DNA from: Firmicutes bacterium UBA2530
GTDB taxonomy: Bacteria > Bacillota > Clostridia > Tissierellales > Sedimentibacteraceae
Assembly: GCA_002340985.1 (NCBI GenBank)
Contig: DDNC01000018.1
Location: 116,092-180,091, forward strand
DNA: 64,000 nucleotides
Direction of reading: 5' to 3'
Shown here piece by piece: positions 52,199 to 63,169 of this stretch (positions are counted from its first letter, which is position 1; every line of letters begins with the position of its first letter). The notes under the pieces are model-generated. The model worked only from the letters and a program-made list of their open reading frames with translations. It was not told where the DNA came from and did not search any database. The position numbers and the translations under genes are program-made.

Positions 52199-52933
52199 TC
52201 ACATATTAATTTCAAACATGCATGAGGATAATACTATTTCACCGTTATAATGTTCCTGTGCCTGCAGCTTCAAATCCTCTAAGTTCCCGAAATGGGGAAG
52301 GTGAGTCAAGATAAGCATTTTTGCACTTGCCTTCTCTGCCAGCATTCCTGCCTGAGCGCTGTTCAGATGACCTGCAGCAGTGCCGTCCATGTGAGCATAA
52401 AAGCTGCATTCTGTCATTAGTACATCCGAGTTTTTGAGAAATTCCGGCAGATCACTGAAATAAGATGTATCCGATGTAAAGGAAAATATTTTGCCGTTAC
52501 ATTTAATTTTTACGCTGTAAGCATCTACAGGGTGTACGTTCTTTATAAAGCTTATTTCAAAGGGACCTAAATTAAGTACGCTTTTTTCATCATAACTTTT
52601 GCCGCAGGTGTATTCGCCCCAGTTCAGCAGCTTAAAAAATTCGCCTTCCGGGGCATAAATGTTCAATGAGCCGCTTATTTCGCCAAGCTGCGTCTTTATC
52701 TGCCTTCCATACTGCAGCGGGCCGATATCGCAGTAATGGTCATAATGGTAATGGGTTATAAGAACGGCATCCAGTTTTCCCAAATCAATTTTTTTCTGAA
52801 TAGTGCTCACAACTCCGCTGCCGCATTCCAGCAGCAGTTTGTATTCATCATGCTCTATAAGGTACCCGGAGGTAGCCTCTCCGGCACGGGGAAAGCCACC
52901 CCAGTGCCCGATAATCGTAATTTTCATATTCAC
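52199..52933 (-). CDS. MBL-fold metallohydrolase (YhfI/RNase Z-like)
   Basis: THYHYDHYCD, HPV, SDT, GHL, LTHLPH. Confidence 0.85.
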   Translation of the reverse strand: MNMKITIIGHWGGFPRAGEATSGYLIEHDEYKLLLECGSGVVSTIQKKIDLGKLDAVLITHYHYDHYCDIGPLQYGRQIKTQLGEISGSLNIYAPEGEFFKLLNWGEYTCGKSYDEKSVLNLGPFEISFIKNVHPVDAYSVKIKCNGKIFSFTSDTSYFSDLPEFLKNSDVLMTECSFYAHMDGTAAGHLNSAQAGMLAEKASAKMLILTHLPHFGNLEDLKLQAQEHYNGEIVLSSCMFEINM

Positions 52934-54655
52934 CTACGCAATGCTGAATTGGGAGTTATAAAGTTCTGCATAAATTCCGTTTAGATTTATAAGCTCCTCG
53001 TGTTTTCCTCTTTCCTGTATGCCCTTATCCGTTATTACTATAATTTCATCGGAGTTTTTAATTGTGGAGAGCCTGTGGGCAACAACCACAGTAGTTCTGC
53101 CCTTTGAAAGCTCTTCCAGAGAATGCTGAATCATTTGTTCCGTTGCGTTGTCCAGAGCGGATGTTGCCTCATCCAGTATTAATATAGGCGGATTTTTCAA
53201 AAATACTCTTGCTATTGAAATTCTCTGCTTCTGTCCGCCGGACAGCTTAACTCCCCTTTCTCCCACATATGTGTCGTAGCCTTCGGGGAGAGACATTATG
53301 AAATCGTGGATATTTGCCATTTTGGCGGCTTCGATAACTTCTTCCATGGTGGCATCAAATTTCCCGCAGTGGATGTTGTCGGCAATAGTTCCCGTAAACA
53401 GAAACACATCCTGCTGAACTATTCCTATATTTTTCCTCAGTGATCTGCGTGTGAAGTCCTTGATATCAGTATTGTCAATATAAATATTTCCTTCCTCTGT
53501 TTCGTAGAAGCGTGGAATCAGGTGGCACAGTGTTGTTTTTCCTCCTCCTGAAGGTCCTACGAAGGACACGGTTTTTCCTGCTTCTATGCTGAATGAAATA
53601 TCCTTCAAAACTTCCTTGTGGTTGTCATAGGAGAATGAAACATTGTCAAATTTAATTTCGCCCTCCACTGAATCGATATCTCTTGCTCCTGGGTCATCTT
53701 GCTCTGTTTCCTTATCCATAACCTCAATGAAACGTCTGAAGCCCGAAATTCCTGACTGATACTGCTCCACAAAGTTGATGAGCTTTCGTATGGGATTTAA
53801 AAAGTTTCCTATATATAGTATGAAGGCGGCAAAATCTCCGAAGTTTATCCATCCCTTGAAAAAGAAAATACCGCCTGTGCTGAGCACCAGCAAATTTAGA
53901 AAGTCTATTATAAAGGAGGAGCCCACATGGAATTCGGCCATTACCTTGTATGCCTTTTTCCTTGCATGCTGAAATTTCTTGTTGTTGCTTTCAAACTTTT
54001 CAATTTCATTTTCCTTGTTGCTGAATGCCTTTGAAACTCTTATGCCTGAAATGCTGTTTTCAATTGTTGCATTTACTTCACCGATGGTTTCTCTTGTTTC
54101 CATAAAGGAATCAGACATTCTCACCCTGAGCTTCATTGCAAAAAGAACAAGGAAGGGAATCACTGAAAACACTATGAGGGCAAGAGGAAGGTTGATGGTG
54201 CTCAATGCTATGAAGGATCCTATGAGCATTACAATTGAAACAAACAAATCCTCGGGACCGTGGTGCGCAAGCTCTGATACGTCCATAAGGTCGTTTATGA
54301 TTCTGGAGGAAAGTGTTCCGGTCTTGCTGTCATCAAAGAAAACAAAGGGCAGGTCCTGAAGATGCTCGAATATATCCTTTCTCATCCGCGCCTGCATCAT
54401 TACTCCCATTATGTGACCGTAATATGTTATGTAGTAATTCAGACCCACCTTCAGCAGGTAGATTAATCCTAAAATAACCAGCCATGTAATCATAACCTGA
54501 AACTGCTGGTTCGGAACATATACGTTGATTATGTTTCTCGTTATGAGAGGATAAAATAAATCGCATATGGCTAATGTAAAAGCACAGATCATATCTATGA
54601 TGAATATTTTTTTAATTGGTTTTGGTTTGTAGTACGAAATAAATCTTTTTATCAT
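52934..54655 (-). CDS. ABC exporter, fused permease and ATPase
   Basis: N-terminal TMD; GPSGGGKT, LSGGQKQR, ILDEATSALD, AHRLST. Confidence 0.9.
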   Translation of the reverse strand: MIKRFISYYKPKPIKKIFIIDMICAFTLAICDLFYPLITRNIINVYVPNQQFQVMITWLVILGLIYLLKVGLNYYITYYGHIMGVMMQARMRKDIFEHLQDLPFVFFDDSKTGTLSSRIINDLMDVSELAHHGPEDLFVSIVMLIGSFIALSTINLPLALIVFSVIPFLVLFAMKLRVRMSDSFMETRETIGEVNATIENSISGIRVSKAFSNKENEIEKFESNNKKFQHARKKAYKVMAEFHVGSSFIIDFLNLLVLSTGGIFFFKGWINFGDFAAFILYIGNFLNPIRKLINFVEQYQSGISGFRRFIEVMDKETEQDDPGARDIDSVEGEIKFDNVSFSYDNHKEVLKDISFSIEAGKTVSFVGPSGGGKTTLCHLIPRFYETEEGNIYIDNTDIKDFTRRSLRKNIGIVQQDVFLFTGTIADNIHCGKFDATMEEVIEAAKMANIHDFIMSLPEGYDTYVGERGVKLSGGQKQRISIARVFLKNPPILILDEATSALDNATEQMIQHSLEELSKGRTTVVVAHRLSTIKNSDEIIVITDKGIQERGKHEELINLNGIYAELYNSQFSIA

Positions 54656-54659
54656 GTTG

Positions 54660-55040
54660 TCATTTTTCTCCTGTTTTGAATTTAGAACAAATATGCGCAG
54701 TCACAAAGTACAGCGCAATGGCAGCAAGGTCAAGCAGCAAAATAATGATGATATTGATTTTGACAAAGCTGCAGAATACCGCTGTGGCAGAAAGCACAAG
54801 CAGCATAATCGCCGGAGCGGCAGCAGAAGCTTTTATTTTAAGAAGCTTTTCGGCTAATATGCCTGCACCCCTTGCGTGCAGTATAAAGCTTAAAAGTATT
54901 GCCGGCAGGGCATATCCCATACTTTCTTTAATTACTGAAGAGCCTTGGGAAAAAATGAATATTGCAACTGCAAGCAAAGCATAGCTGAACCATTTTTTCT
55001 GCTGCAATTCTTTTATTTTTTGTTGGCGCATTTCATACAT
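54660..55040 (-). CDS. Hypothetical membrane protein (about 4 TM)
   Basis: Hydrophobic ORF; GAGGTG RBS before ATG 55040. Confidence 0.6.
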   Translation of the reverse strand: MYEMRQQKIKELQQKKWFSYALLAVAIFIFSQGSSVIKESMGYALPAILLSFILHARGAGILAEKLLKIKASAAAPAIMLLVLSATAVFCSFVKINIIIILLLDLAAIALYFVTAHICSKFKTGEK

Positions 55041-55307
55041 GGCACACCTCATATATAATTTATATAATAATATCACTTATTTAATTCTTTTTCAACGTAC
55101 AAAAGGACAATTTTGTTCCGCTTTGCAATATATTATTGACTTTTTCATAAAATTATGGTACTACTATAGGGGCTTACGGTGATATTGTTTTTCAAAATTT
55201 ATTACAGATACAGTAATGGTTTGATTATAAAGGCTGAAAAAAGGTAAAATATCAGGTAAGGGTTCAGTAAAAGATATTTTTATAAATTTTATTAACTGAA
55301 AGGACAT

Positions 55308-56822
55308 ATGATGAAAAAATCGATAGCAACACTACTTATTGCGGCTGTATTGACTATGCTTTCAATAACGGCATGCACAAATCAGGAAAATACTCCAAAG
55401 GGCACAGGCGAAGTCAAGACAGGCCTTACCATGGGCTACACCACGGAACCGGAAGGTCTCGACCCTCACAGAACTGCTGCAGCTTCCACATTTACGGTTA
55501 CAAACAACATATATGATACACTGGTGGGCGTAACATCCGACTGGCAGATAGTGCCCAGACTGGCTACAGACTGGAAAATGTCAGATAACGGGATGGAAAT
55601 TACGTTCAATTTAAGAGACGATGTCAAATTCCACAACGGAAGGCAGATGAATGCAGAGGACGTTGTATTTTCATTTAACAGGCTTAAGGATGCTGAAAGC
55701 CCCAGAGCGAGAGATTACGAAAATATCAAGGCAGAGGCTGTAGGTGATTATTCCGTAAAATTCACAACGGAAAAGCTTGATGTTGAGCTTCTGAAAAACT
55801 TCGCATATCCGTGGGCGGCAGTTGTACCACAGGAAGCAGTTGAAAATCTCAAGACACAGCCCGTAGGAACAGGTGCATTTACACTGAAGGAATGGATTCC
55901 TCAGCAGCATCTTACACTCCAGAGAAACGACAATTACTACGGAAACAAAGCGAAGCTGGAAACAATAAAGCTGGTTATCCTGCCCGACGCAACATCCATG
56001 ATGGCGAGCTTCCAGACAGGAAATTTAGATATAATACCTCTGAACGGGGATCAGGTTACAATAGTTGACGGTAATCAGGACTACAAGGTTATTTCTGAAC
56101 CAATGAATGCCGTACAGATTATGTCCCTGAATACAAACAACAAAATATTGTCCGACGAAAGAGTGAGAAGGGCAATGGCAATGGCCATAAAAAAGGATGA
56201 TGTAATAGCGGCAGCCATGTTCGGCTATGGCGATGCAATAGGCTCACATCTGCCTCCAACTTCACCGGATTACTATGACGCAAACAGCATCATTGAATAC
56301 AATCCTGAAAAAGCCAAGGAGCTTCTGAAGGAAGCAGGCTATGAAAACGGATTTGACATTAAGATGGCTCTGCCGAAAAACTACCAGCTTCACGTGGATG
56401 CGGGACAGGTAATAGCAGACCAGCTGAGCAAAATAGGAATCAATGTTAAAATAGATATAATTGAATGGGGAACATGGCTCAGCGAGGTTTACGGAGCCAA
56501 GAATTTTGAGACAACCGTTGTGGGACATACGGGCAGACTTGATTCATACGCATTTCTGTCAAGATACAAATCCGACAGCAACGATTATATAAGCCTGAGT
56601 ACAGGCGAGGTTGACGAGCTTCTGGACAGGTCAAGACAGGAGCTGGACGAAGGCAAGAGAAAAGAAATATATAAAGAAATACAGATTATTCTGGCAAACA
56701 AGCTGCCTGCCATTTATCTTGAAACACCGCGCACAATGCTTGCTTTGCAGAAAAATGTAGAAGGCATGGGAATATTCCCTCTGGACTTCTATGATTTCAA
56801 GGAAGTATATTTTACTGAATAA
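55308..56822 (+). CDS. Peptide/nickel ABC transporter substrate-binding lipoprotein (family 5)
   Basis: Lipobox ITAC; LDPH, IYDTLV, LR..VKFHNG, PVGTGAF. Confidence 0.9.
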   Translation: MMKKSIATLLIAAVLTMLSITACTNQENTPKGTGEVKTGLTMGYTTEPEGLDPHRTAAASTFTVTNNIYDTLVGVTSDWQIVPRLATDWKMSDNGMEITFNLRDDVKFHNGRQMNAEDVVFSFNRLKDAESPRARDYENIKAEAVGDYSVKFTTEKLDVELLKNFAYPWAAVVPQEAVENLKTQPVGTGAFTLKEWIPQQHLTLQRNDNYYGNKAKLETIKLVILPDATSMMASFQTGNLDIIPLNGDQVTIVDGNQDYKVISEPMNAVQIMSLNTNNKILSDERVRRAMAMAIKKDDVIAAAMFGYGDAIGSHLPPTSPDYYDANSIIEYNPEKAKELLKEAGYENGFDIKMALPKNYQLHVDAGQVIADQLSKIGINVKIDIIEWGTWLSEVYGAKNFETTVVGHTGRLDSYAFLSRYKSDSNDYISLSTGEVDELLDRSRQELDEGKRKEIYKEIQIILANKLPAIYLETPRTMLALQKNVEGMGIFPLDFYDFKEVYFTE

Positions 56823-56833
56823 TCAGGTGAAGT

Positions 56834-57790
56834 ATGTTAAGATATGTAATAAACAGAGTTAAAAGTTCAATAATTGTACTGCTAATGGTTTCCGTGATTA
56901 CATTTTTTGTGCTCATGATAGTTCCGGGAGACCCGGCGCAATTAATTTTAGGCACAGATGCAACACCTGAGATGATTGCAGACCTTCACAGGGCAATGGG
57001 TCTCGACAGACCTGTTTACCAGCAGTATTTCAGCTGGCTTGTAAATCTGATTAAGCTTGATATGGGAACATCCTATGTGTACGGAAAGTCAGTGACGTCA
57101 TTGATAGTAAATGCTCTGCCCGTTACATTGTCGATTGCTGTGTATGCAATGGCTGTGGCAGCTATTTTCGCTTTTGCGGCAGGCATAATTGCGGCAGTCA
57201 AAAAAGATAAATTTGCAGATTATTTTTCAAGAAGCATCATGCAGCTTGGATCAGCCATTCCTTCCTTTTGGATAGGAATGGTTTTTATTGTTTTTTTCGG
57301 ACTAAGAATGAAAATATTTCCCGTGTCCGGCTTTGTCCCTATCAGCAGCGGATTTTCGGGATTTATTAAAAGCATAACACTTCCTGCCATTGTTCTTGCC
57401 ATAGGTGAGACAGGAATGCTGCTGCGCATAGTCAGAAGCTCCATGCTTGATTCATTGAAGCAGGATTACATGGATATGGCAAAAATAAAGGGACTGGGTG
57501 CAAGGAAGATATATTTTAAGTATGCTCTCCGGGGTGCCTTAATTGCTCCTGTTACAATTATGGGAATGCAATTTGCAAAGCTTGCGGGAGGCACGGTGGT
57601 GGTTGAAACAATATTCGCCCTGCCGGGCATAGGAAGGCTTGTATTGAATGCCGTTGAGCATAGAGACGTAATTTTGCTCCAGGGGCTTGTTATGTTCATT
57701 ACATCAGCCGTTATAGTTACGTCCCTGCTGACCGACATTGCGGTAATGCTCATAAATCCGAGAATAAAAGCCGCCGAGCGAGGAGAATAA
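56834..57790 (+). CDS. Peptide ABC permease (DppB/OppB-like)
   Basis: PGDPA, GLDRP..QY, IPSFW, VVETIF..PGIG. Confidence 0.9.
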   Translation: MLRYVINRVKSSIIVLLMVSVITFFVLMIVPGDPAQLILGTDATPEMIADLHRAMGLDRPVYQQYFSWLVNLIKLDMGTSYVYGKSVTSLIVNALPVTLSIAVYAMAVAAIFAFAAGIIAAVKKDKFADYFSRSIMQLGSAIPSFWIGMVFIVFFGLRMKIFPVSGFVPISSGFSGFIKSITLPAIVLAIGETGMLLRIVRSSMLDSLKQDYMDMAKIKGLGARKIYFKYALRGALIAPVTIMGMQFAKLAGGTVVVETIFALPGIGRLVLNAVEHRDVILLQGLVMFITSAVIVTSLLTDIAVMLINPRIKAAERGE

Positions 57791-57793
57791 CAA

Positions 57794-58615
57794 ATGAAAA
57801 GGAATTTAAGCCTTTGGCTTGGAATAATACTTGTATTGGCAATACTGGCTGTGTGGGCGGTGTCATTTGTGTTCATGCCCTATCCGCCTAATGAAATGAA
57901 TATGTCACAGCGCTTTTTAAAGCCTGATGTTAGCTCGGAGCATATTTTGGGAACCGATAATTTCGGTCGCGACATACTCAGCAGGATAATGTACGGTTCA
58001 AGAAATGTGCTGCTGGTAGGGGTTGGCTCTGTCACCCTGGGAGCTGCGGTAGGAATTATATTAGGTGCGTCTGCGGCAATGTACCGGAGGTTTCTCAGTC
58101 CTGTCATAATGCGTCTCATGGACGGACTCATGGCATTTCCGGGTATACTTCTGGCACTTATGCTTGTAACAGTTATAGGCAGAGGAATAAAAGGTTCCGT
58201 TATAGCAATAGGTATTTTTATGGTGCCCGTGTTTTCAAGGCTTGTTTACTCAATGGTTCTGGACGCGGAAAATCTTCTGTATATAAAGGCTGCTAAAAGC
58301 TACGGAAGCTCGAACATGCTCATATTCAAAAGACACTACATCCCGGCAATGCTGCCGAGGTTAATAACACAGTACAGCTCTTCCATAGGCTCTGCGGTAA
58401 TGATTGAAACGTCCCTTTCATTTTTGGGACTGGGGATTCAGCCTCCATTTGCAAGCTGGGGAATGATGCTGAGCGAATCAAGACAGTTTTTCTTAGTGCA
58501 CCCGTACCTTGCTGTGGCACCGGGAATCGCAATTATAATAACAATTTTAGGCTTCAATCTCATAGGTGACGGACTGAACGACAGATTGATTCATAGGAGG
58601 TCGGGCAATGAATGA
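57794..58615 (+). CDS. Peptide ABC permease (DppC/OppC-like)
   Basis: HILGTDNFGRDILSR, LSFLGLG...P..SWG. Confidence 0.9.
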   Translation: MKRNLSLWLGIILVLAILAVWAVSFVFMPYPPNEMNMSQRFLKPDVSSEHILGTDNFGRDILSRIMYGSRNVLLVGVGSVTLGAAVGIILGASAAMYRRFLSPVIMRLMDGLMAFPGILLALMLVTVIGRGIKGSVIAIGIFMVPVFSRLVYSMVLDAENLLYIKAAKSYGSSNMLIFKRHYIPAMLPRLITQYSSSIGSAVMIETSLSFLGLGIQPPFASWGMMLSESRQFFLVHPYLAVAPGIAIIITILGFNLIGDGLNDRLIHRRSGNE

Positions 58616-59567
58616 AACAGTGCATATAAAGAACCTGGATATCCGGTCCGGAAGCAGAACTCTTGTGAGCAGTGTAAATTTAAAGGTTGAAGACGGAGAA
58701 ATTTTTGGGCTGGTGGGAGAATCGGGTTCCGGAAAAACTCTTACGGCAAAGTCAGCCATAGGCTTGCTGCCTGAAAATCTTGAGCTTTCGGCAGAAGAAA
58801 TCATAACTGCCGGCAGTAACATAATTCAAATGTCAAAAAAAGAAAAAAGGCTGCACATAGGCAGGAACACGGGCTACATACCTCAGAATACTGTTTTCTA
58901 CCTGCATCCCATGATTAAAATAAAGAACCAGATAGGCGACGGATACATGCACCACATGAAAAAGGGCAGGGACGAGGCGATGAAAAAAGCCTCGGAGCTT
59001 TTATCCAAGGTTGGCTTTGAAAATCCGAAAAATATTCTGAATCTGTATCCGTGGCAGCTGAGCGGTGGAATGAGGCAGAGAGTGAACATAGCCATGGCTC
59101 TCATGAATGACCCTAAGCTTATAATTGCGGATGAACCAACAACGGCCCTTGACTCAACGGTGCAAAAGCAAGTAATGGAGCTTTTCAGAGGCATAAATGA
59201 GGAAATGGGCATATCCGTTCTCCTTATATCCCATGATTTGAGCCTCATAAAAAGATACAGCCGCAGCATGGCGGTTATGTATGCGGGGCAGATTGTTGAA
59301 TCAGGCAGCACGGAGCAGGTGTTCAGAGATCCGCGGCATCCATACACACGGATGCTCATCAAAATTATTCCTTCCTTTAAAATAAAGAAAAACGAGCCAT
59401 TGACGGAAATTCCCGGCTATGTGCAGGAGGACGGAGGAGACGGCAAAGGCTGTGTGTTTATGAAAAGATGCCCCTACGCAATGGATATATGCGCTGAAAT
59501 TGTCAAGGAGCATGAGGAAGACAAACATTATTATAAATGCAATCTGGACAGAGGATTTTATGAGTGA
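58608..59567 (+). CDS. Peptide ABC ATPase (DppD/OppD-like)
   Basis: GESGSGKT, LSGGMRQR, ADEPTTALD, HPYT, C-terminal Cys cluster. Confidence 0.9.
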   Translation: MNETVHIKNLDIRSGSRTLVSSVNLKVEDGEIFGLVGESGSGKTLTAKSAIGLLPENLELSAEEIITAGSNIIQMSKKEKRLHIGRNTGYIPQNTVFYLHPMIKIKNQIGDGYMHHMKKGRDEAMKKASELLSKVGFENPKNILNLYPWQLSGGMRQRVNIAMALMNDPKLIIADEPTTALDSTVQKQVMELFRGINEEMGISVLLISHDLSLIKRYSRSMAVMYAGQIVESGSTEQVFRDPRHPYTRMLIKIIPSFKIKKNEPLTEIPGYVQEDGGDGKGCVFMKRCPYAMDICAEIVKEHEEDKHYYKCNLDRGFYE

Positions 59568-60366
59568 AATAAAAACTGCAATATCAGTTAAAAATATACG
59601 CAAGGAATTTGCCGTCAGAAAGCACTTTTTAACCGGAAGGGTTCAGGAAAAGGTGGTGGCGGTAAAAAGTGCCTCCTTTGATGTGGAGGAAGGAAAAACT
59701 CTGGGAATTGTGGGAGAGTCCGGAAGCGGAAAATCCACCATCGGAGAAATAGCGGGAGGGCTTCAGAAGCAAAGCTTCGGCAAGGTATACTACTACGGAA
59801 AGGATACCATGGCCATGTCAGGTGATGAATATGAGCAGTTCAGGCGCAGCGTCCAGTTCATATTCCAGGACCCCAAGGGCTCCATGGACCCCAATTATAC
59901 GGTTGGTGACAATATTGCCTTCCCCCTGCTGACACTTAAGCTGTCACGGTCGAAGGAGGAGGCGAATAATCTCGTTTCTGAAATGCTCATGCGGGTGGGA
60001 CTTGGGGCGGAAACAGGAAGGAAGTATCCTTCGGAAATAAGCGGAGGGCAGTGCCAGAGAGCGGCCATTGCAAGAGCGCTCATAGTAAAGCCCAGAGTAA
60101 TCATATGCGACGAGCCTGTTTCGGCTCTGGATATCTCAATACAGGCTCAGATACTTAATTTATTGAAAAAGCTTCAAAAGGAGCTTAATATTTCATATAT
60201 ATTTATATCCCACGATATAGGAGCGGTAAATTATATGTCGGACAGCATATTGGTAATGAGCAAGGGGAATATTGTAGAATACGGAGATGCCAGGGAAGTG
60301 CTGCTGCATCCCCGGGAGGCGTATACGAAAAACCTGATAGAAAGCGCATTTTTGGACAGATATTAA
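59560..60366 (+). CDS. Peptide ABC ATPase (DppF/OppF-like)
   Basis: GESGSGKS, ISGGQCQR, CDEPVSALD. Confidence 0.9.
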   Translation: MSEIKTAISVKNIRKEFAVRKHFLTGRVQEKVVAVKSASFDVEEGKTLGIVGESGSGKSTIGEIAGGLQKQSFGKVYYYGKDTMAMSGDEYEQFRRSVQFIFQDPKGSMDPNYTVGDNIAFPLLTLKLSRSKEEANNLVSEMLMRVGLGAETGRKYPSEISGGQCQRAAIARALIVKPRVIICDEPVSALDISIQAQILNLLKKLQKELNISYIFISHDIGAVNYMSDSILVMSKGNIVEYGDAREVLLHPREAYTKNLIESAFLDRY

Positions 60367-60396
60367 TAAATGTAAAATTGTAAATGTGGTGAAAAT

Positions 60397-61140
60397 ATGG
60401 AGCTTGAGTTAAGAAAAAATGAAAAAATAGAGGATTTGCAGTGCAAGGGTTTGAAAATCATTCAGAATAAAGAGTGGTTCTGCTTCGGTATGGACGCCGT
60501 ACTGCTTACAAATTACTGCGATATTAAGAATAATTCCCGCATAGTTGATTTGGGAACAGGAACGGGCATCATACCAATACTGCTCAGCGGAAAAAGAAGC
60601 TATTCAAAGGCATATGCCGTGGAAATACAGGAAGAGGTTGCCGAAATGGCGGGGCGCAGCGTTGCACTCAACGGCCTTCAGGACAAGATAGAAATACTGA
60701 ATATAGATTTGAAGGAAGTTCTGGGTTATCTGGAGCCCAATTCATTTGACGCCGTGATTTCAAACCCTCCATACAAGCTTACAAACAGCGGAATCATCAA
60801 TCCAACGGATAAGAAGGCAATATCCAGACATGAGATAAAATGCTCCCTTGAGGATGTAATAAGCACCGCGTCTGCTCTTCTCAAGCAGTACGGGAGATTT
60901 TACATGGTGCACCGACCCGACAGGCTTGCGGATATAATGTGCTTGCTGAGAAAATACAGGCTGGAGCCCAAGCAGATACGCTTCGTCCATCCCAGAGCTG
61001 CGTCAAAGCCCAACATGGTTCTAATACGAGCTTCTAAAAATGGAAATCCAGAGCTGAAATTCGACCCGCCACTGTATATCTACGATGAAGAAGGAAATTA
61101 CACAGAGGATGTTTATAAAATATACGGAATGGAAATATAA
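60397..61140 (+). CDS. trmN6: tRNA1(Val) A37 N6-methyltransferase (YabB/TrmN6 family)
   Basis: F.FGMDAVLL, DLGTGTG, SNPPY, SRHE, VHRPDRL. Confidence 0.85.
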   Translation: MELELRKNEKIEDLQCKGLKIIQNKEWFCFGMDAVLLTNYCDIKNNSRIVDLGTGTGIIPILLSGKRSYSKAYAVEIQEEVAEMAGRSVALNGLQDKIEILNIDLKEVLGYLEPNSFDAVISNPPYKLTNSGIINPTDKKAISRHEIKCSLEDVISTASALLKQYGRFYMVHRPDRLADIMCLLRKYRLEPKQIRFVHPRAASKPNMVLIRASKNGNPELKFDPPLYIYDEEGNYTEDVYKIYGMEI

Positions 61141-61143
61141 GAC

Positions 61144-61174
61144 TTCACCGGCAGATAAGAAATCTGCCGGTGAA
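61144..61174. terminator. Terminator hairpin
   Basis: TTCACCGGCAGAT/ATCTGCCGGTGAA perfect 13-bp inverted repeat. Confidence 0.7.
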
Positions 61175-61209
61175 AAAGTACGCAGATGTGCTGCGGCTGG
61201 CTTTAAATG

Positions 61210-61389
61210 CTATATTGAGAAGTACTTCCTTTTTTTAGATGCCAGGCATCCGTCATATCCCCAGCCTTCTAAAAATTCCCTGTGCTTTTTATTTATTAAT
61301 TGTCTTTCACATTTAAATCTTGCATATTTTTCACATTTATCATGGCAAAACAATCTGCGTTCATCGCAATTCAAACAACTTTTGTTCAT
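61210..61389 (-). CDS. Small Cys-rich hypothetical protein
   Basis: CLNC..R...CH..C..Y motif; GGGGTG RBS before ATG 61389. Confidence 0.5.
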   Translation of the reverse strand: MNKSCLNCDERRLFCHDKCEKYARFKCERQLINKKHREFLEGWGYDGCLASKKRKYFSI

Positions 61390-61537
61390 AATGTCACCCC
61401 TAAAGAATATTTGTTTTGACAAGCAACATTATATAATTCAAATTTATCAGGAAAATATAGTGTAAGTAAATTTTTTATATAGAAAAAATGCTGAATATAA
61501 AAAACAGCATTCACTGTAACGTGAATACTGCAGGCGG

Positions 61538-63058
61538 CTATTTTTTTATTTTTATTTTATCCAGTGGCTTCACAGCGGGGCCTTCCAGTATGTTTCCCCT
61601 TATGTCGAAACGTGAGCCGTGGCAGGGACAGTCCCAGGTTTTTTCGGCCTCATTGAAAGACAGAGAACATTTCAGGTGCGTGCATACGGGATTTATGCAG
61701 AAATAATCATTGTTTTCATTTTTGTAAACCCCCACTTTTCTGCCGTCGTAGTTGATTATTTTCCCTTCTCCCGCTCCAATAAGGCCTAATACATCAGTAA
61801 CAGGAGCAATTCTTTTCAGAAATGCTGCAGATATACTTTTGATTGAAGAGAAAAATTCCTTTGACGACTGAGCCGGCGTTATTCGGAAGGGACTGAATAT
61901 TTCAGAAAAATCATCCTCTATACCTAGGAGCATATTTCTCAGAATAATTGCGGCAGCCGCTGAATGAGTCATTCCCCATTTTTTGAATCCCGTGGCAACA
62001 TACAGATTGTCTACGCTTTTTGAATACAATCCTATATACGGAATTTTGTCATAGGTCATGCAGTCCTGAGCAGACCATTTCGATACTATTTCTGCACCCT
62101 TGAAATGCTTGTTCAGAAATTCCTCCAGCTCCCTGTACGAATCCTCCTCATTGTCCTTTTTGCCTGAGCGGTGGTTTCCGCCCGCAAGAATAAGAAGATT
62201 TTCATTTTCAGTGAAATGATACCTCATGGAATAAACGGGGTCATTGATGTTTATGTACATGCCGCGGAAGGGCTCCTCCTTTGTCTTTGCCGCTACTACA
62301 TAGGATTTATCCTGGTAAAGCCTTAAAAAGTATAATCCAAAGCTGTTGTCAAAAGGGTAGTGCGAGGTTACGACAACCTTGTCGGCATTTATTTTTCCGG
62401 ACTCCGTTTCCACAACATGATGGTCGCCGTGAGGCTCTATGTTCAGCGCTCTTACATTTTCATATATTTCGCAGGAGCTGCTGACTATATTATAAAGACT
62501 GTACAGGTATTTCAGGGGATTGAACTGTCCCTGATTCCTTATGCATATTGCACCTATTGCGTTGTTTGGGAGGGGTACGCTTTCTGTGTAAAAGCAGTCG
62601 ATGCCCAGTTCCTCATATGCCTTCAGCTCATCCTTTATTTGTTTCAGTTCATCTTCGTCAGTAGCATAGACATATGAATCCTGCTCTGCATAGTCACATT
62701 CTATCACGTTGTCAGCTATAATTTTTTTAATCAGGCTGAATCCTTCTTCATTAGCCTTTAAGTACTGCTTTGCCTCGCTGAGGCTAAAATTTTTAATCAG
62801 ATAATCATAAATCACTTCATGCTGCACGGTTATTTTAGCTGTGGTGTATCCCGACACGCCATAGCCTGCGTCTGTTCCATCAATTATTCCGATTTTATAA
62901 CCGCTGTCCTTAAGCAAGTATGCTGTGGTTAATCCAGTGAGCCCTGCTCCTATTATCAATACATCGTATTTTTTGCCGTCCAAGCCTTCCTTGTTTGCGG
63001 CAGCTTCAATTTTATTATCGGCAGTGTCATGCCAGTATGAACGTCTCGGATATTCCAT
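61538..63058 (-). CDS. FAD-dependent oxidoreductase with C-terminal Rieske domain (YhfW-like)
   Basis: IIGAGLTG, WSAQD, TGF.KWGMT; Rieske CTHLKC...WDCPCHGSRF. Confidence 0.9.
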   Translation of the reverse strand: MEYPRRSYWHDTADNKIEAAANKEGLDGKKYDVLIIGAGLTGLTTAYLLKDSGYKIGIIDGTDAGYGVSGYTTAKITVQHEVIYDYLIKNFSLSEAKQYLKANEEGFSLIKKIIADNVIECDYAEQDSYVYATDEDELKQIKDELKAYEELGIDCFYTESVPLPNNAIGAICIRNQGQFNPLKYLYSLYNIVSSSCEIYENVRALNIEPHGDHHVVETESGKINADKVVVTSHYPFDNSFGLYFLRLYQDKSYVVAAKTKEEPFRGMYININDPVYSMRYHFTENENLLILAGGNHRSGKKDNEEDSYRELEEFLNKHFKGAEIVSKWSAQDCMTYDKIPYIGLYSKSVDNLYVATGFKKWGMTHSAAAAIILRNMLLGIEDDFSEIFSPFRITPAQSSKEFFSSIKSISAAFLKRIAPVTDVLGLIGAGEGKIINYDGRKVGVYKNENNDYFCINPVCTHLKCSLSFNEAEKTWDCPCHGSRFDIRGNILEGPAVKPLDKIKIKK

Positions 63059-63169
63059 ATGCTCCTCTTTCGTATATACTTATATTTATTTTATTGTTTC
63101 TTAAATATTTTTATTTATTCCTTGACATTATTTTTGATTTAATATATCATTATACAGAACTAAAATTAT

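Noticed and set aside
55140..55154. CodY box over the dpp promoter
   Set aside because: CTTTTTCATAAAATT has three mismatches to AATTTTCWGAAAATT in AT-rich DNA, which is too weak to support.
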